Assembly (NCBI GenBank): GCA_002269645.1
Contig: NIVC01000843.1
Location: forward strand, 248,001-312,000
Reading direction: 5' to 3'
Origin: Macrostomum lignano
Lineage: Eukaryota
Length of the DNA: 64,000 nucleotides
Positions within the stretch are counted from its first letter, which is position 1. Every line of letters starts with the position of its first letter. Below are positions 61,823-64,000 of the stretch, piece by piece. The notes beneath the pieces are model-generated. The model searched no databases. It had not been told where the DNA came from and was given only the letters and a program-made list of their open reading frames with translations. Position numbers and translations under genes: made by a program.

Positions 61823-64000
61823 GTGTCTGTCTGTCTGTCTGTCTGCTAAAAATTCATAATTCTCTTCAAAGAAGTGAGAAAACCAATTACAATTTTGTAT
61901 GAATTCATTAGTGTTTTCAATTACGCTTTTCGATCGATATATTTCACCCTTTGTTTGCTTGAAAATTTCTAGTAGGTTTTTCATCTCAGCAAACTTATAT
62001 TTAGTCTTAAACTCCTCACTTTTCAAATATGGATCAGCCTTGTAAGTGTGTTTCTTAGGATCAATGATGTCGGTATCTGTTGTATATTTGCACGGGTAAT
62101 TAATATTTATAATTCGTCTTTTTTCCGCATCTCCAATATTTTGTCCAAAGTCAGGCTTGTTATTACATTCGACTATCAGAGTTGTGTGTAAAACGACATT
62201 ACACTGGCTTGAATATAAATTTCTAGCTTGGATAACCCCACCACCAGTTAGTAATTTTATTGATGCATTGTTCAAGACACCACTTACTTCTTGACTGATA
62301 ACCAACCTCTTTTTATTAATTTGTGCTAGGGCTGGTTGTGGCCTGTCTATTCTTATTGGTGAATTCAAAACATCAGGACTCAGTGGTGCTGCATAATCAG
62401 ATCCTAGAGTTCTAAGAAGTAGGTTGTCCTCAACCCCCTTGCCATTTCCACCAGCGCCATCAAACATTATAAAGTTTTCAACATTCTTACCCATTAGAGC
62501 TGTGGCTATAACGGATTCCCAACTCTTTCTGTTTTCTTGATCGGGATGAATTTGGTTATGCAGATTAACAATGAAGCCATAGTCGTAATCACTCACTCCA
62601 AGTACATCCGAGTAATTATATCCCACCGATTTAGTAACGTAATCGTCATATCTATACTCGCGAAACTCACCTGTAGCGAGATCATATACTCCATCGTTAA
62701 ACCCTAGCAAATTCCATTTCATGTCGAATTCAATTTCATTGTTAGTAAACCTCTCTTTGAACAAAGTAGTTACCTGTTTGAGTTTGTTGGCTCCTTGTAT
62801 TGAATTTATATTCTTTATTGTACTCTGTAGTTTCTTTTCAAGTGCTTTTAACTTCTCTTTATCATCAGCCGCCTTCTTAATTGCAATTTCGAGTCTAGTC
62901 TTTCGGTGGTTTAACTCACTGCTAACAAGATTTGATATTTTAAGAAATATGTCATTTATACTACTTAGTTCTCTCCACTTATCATCATCAAAATAGTAAA
63001 TACCATCGCTATTGTAAATTATATTATTCTTCTTATATTCATAAACAAAGTTGGTTATATTAACGTCAGTGAAATTATCATCAAGATACTCAATCCTACC
63101 ATAGTAATCATATTTGCTTTTCCCTTCCTTATATTTGTTATAGTTTTCTTTACTTGCCCATTTCTTTAGTGTACCGATAGTAAGTCTGTCCTGTGCATCA
63201 GCAGAGCTGGCACTGGTGCTATTCCACACCTTTTTACATGATTCGGAATCGAACTTATTATAATTTACTTTTGACCAATCAGTGAATACTTTGTACATTT
63301 CATCACCACTGTCTATGTCGCGGAGTATGAGTGCTACCTTGTACCAAGAATCATAGTCTTGGTTTTTGTGTTCTATTATACTTAACAACTTTGAAACTCC
63401 TTCACAACTGGGTGATGGAACGGTGCTTTTTAGTGCCTGTTTATCTTGTTCTTGGATTTCATTTTTATCCTGTGGCTTAATTAATCTATTTATCTCATCA
63501 AAAATTACATCTGGCATGTCTATTAACCTTTCGGGCTTTATACGTTTGTATTCCCTAATTTCACCATCGACATAATAGAAACCTGGTGGAGCAAATACTA
63601 AAGCTGGAATATCAAAACCCACACTTTGTTGAATCGTTACTTTCAATCCATCTACCTTGTTAAAGTAAAAGTGGTGTCCCTTGTTTGTCTGAACAATCCA
63701 ATCACAATGAGTCATACACAGTTCATTCAACCCAGGGCATAGGTCAGCATTATCAATATCGATTACGGTTATATTTGAGTTTCTAGTATCTATCCAAATC
63801 ATGTTGTCTACCTCTGGTCGAAATGGTGGGGAGGTTGAATTCCTATCTGCTTTGGTTGGCATTCCTGATGGTATTTTTTTCTTTGTTTTACTATTCCATG
63901 TTATACTGCAACTACCGAATATAAAATTAAGTTCTCCATAGAGATTAATTAGTTTATCGTACGATTTTGTTTGTTTTAAATTTGTCAATCTTGGTGGTGG
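61673..64000 (-). CDS. Intronless virus-type primase-helicase (Prim-Pol + PriCT-2 + D5_N + SF3 helicase); frame open to the window edge
   Basis: VIDID and QTNKGHHFYF (primase-polymerase); DYDSWYKV..FTDWS (PriCT-2); LGFNDGVYDL (D5_N); GAGGNGKG Walker A, VISQE Walker B, LTGG, ECNNKP motif C, RRI. Confidence 0.88.
61735..61845. repeat. (CTGT)n microsatellite inside the 3' end of the helicase ORF
   Basis: Read directly; translates as DRQT repeats. Confidence 0.95.

Overview
Repeat-rich genomic DNA from an invertebrate animal, with short GT-AG introns, tRNA/CORE-type SINEs, a Gypsy element and a Penelope-like element; it is not prokaryotic. The main finding, mostly hidden from the ORF track by small exons, is a cluster of six paralogous loci (A 968-3799, B 6256-9690, C/D 15318-26825, E 29366-34337+, G ~48068-49685, F 51929-55145). 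I reconstructed them by hand from splice sites and exon phases. They encode type-I membrane proteins: signal peptide, divergent F-type-lectin/discoidin-like domain (3 exons), 1-2 Ig-like domains, TM, cytoplasmic tail. Three tails end in a conserved ITSM (T-[ED]-Y-[LI]-E-I), and gene A also has a canonical ITIM (VTYSVL). Two pairs (B/C, E/F) have near-identical ectodomain exons but unrelated TM/tails, and E/F differ mainly in one hypervariable patch. This suggests a paired, rapidly diversifying innate-immune or allorecognition-like receptor family; the function is inferred, not shown. The cluster has been remodelled by a young Gypsy element (300-bp LTRs, 5-bp TSD), an LTR+PBS fused to the start of gene E, a foldback element, a segmental duplication with minisatellites, and a Maverick/Polinton remnant (6-bp TSD, pPolB fragment) whose TIRs seem to have seeded a 2.8-kb inverted duplication of host DNA. 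The right end holds a LINE 3' fragment, a Neptune-type Penelope element (SGNH-like ORF1, RT-GIY-YIG, hammerhead ribozyme) and an intronless virus-type primase-PriCT2-D5 helicase that runs off the window. All alignments were by eye; no searches were run.
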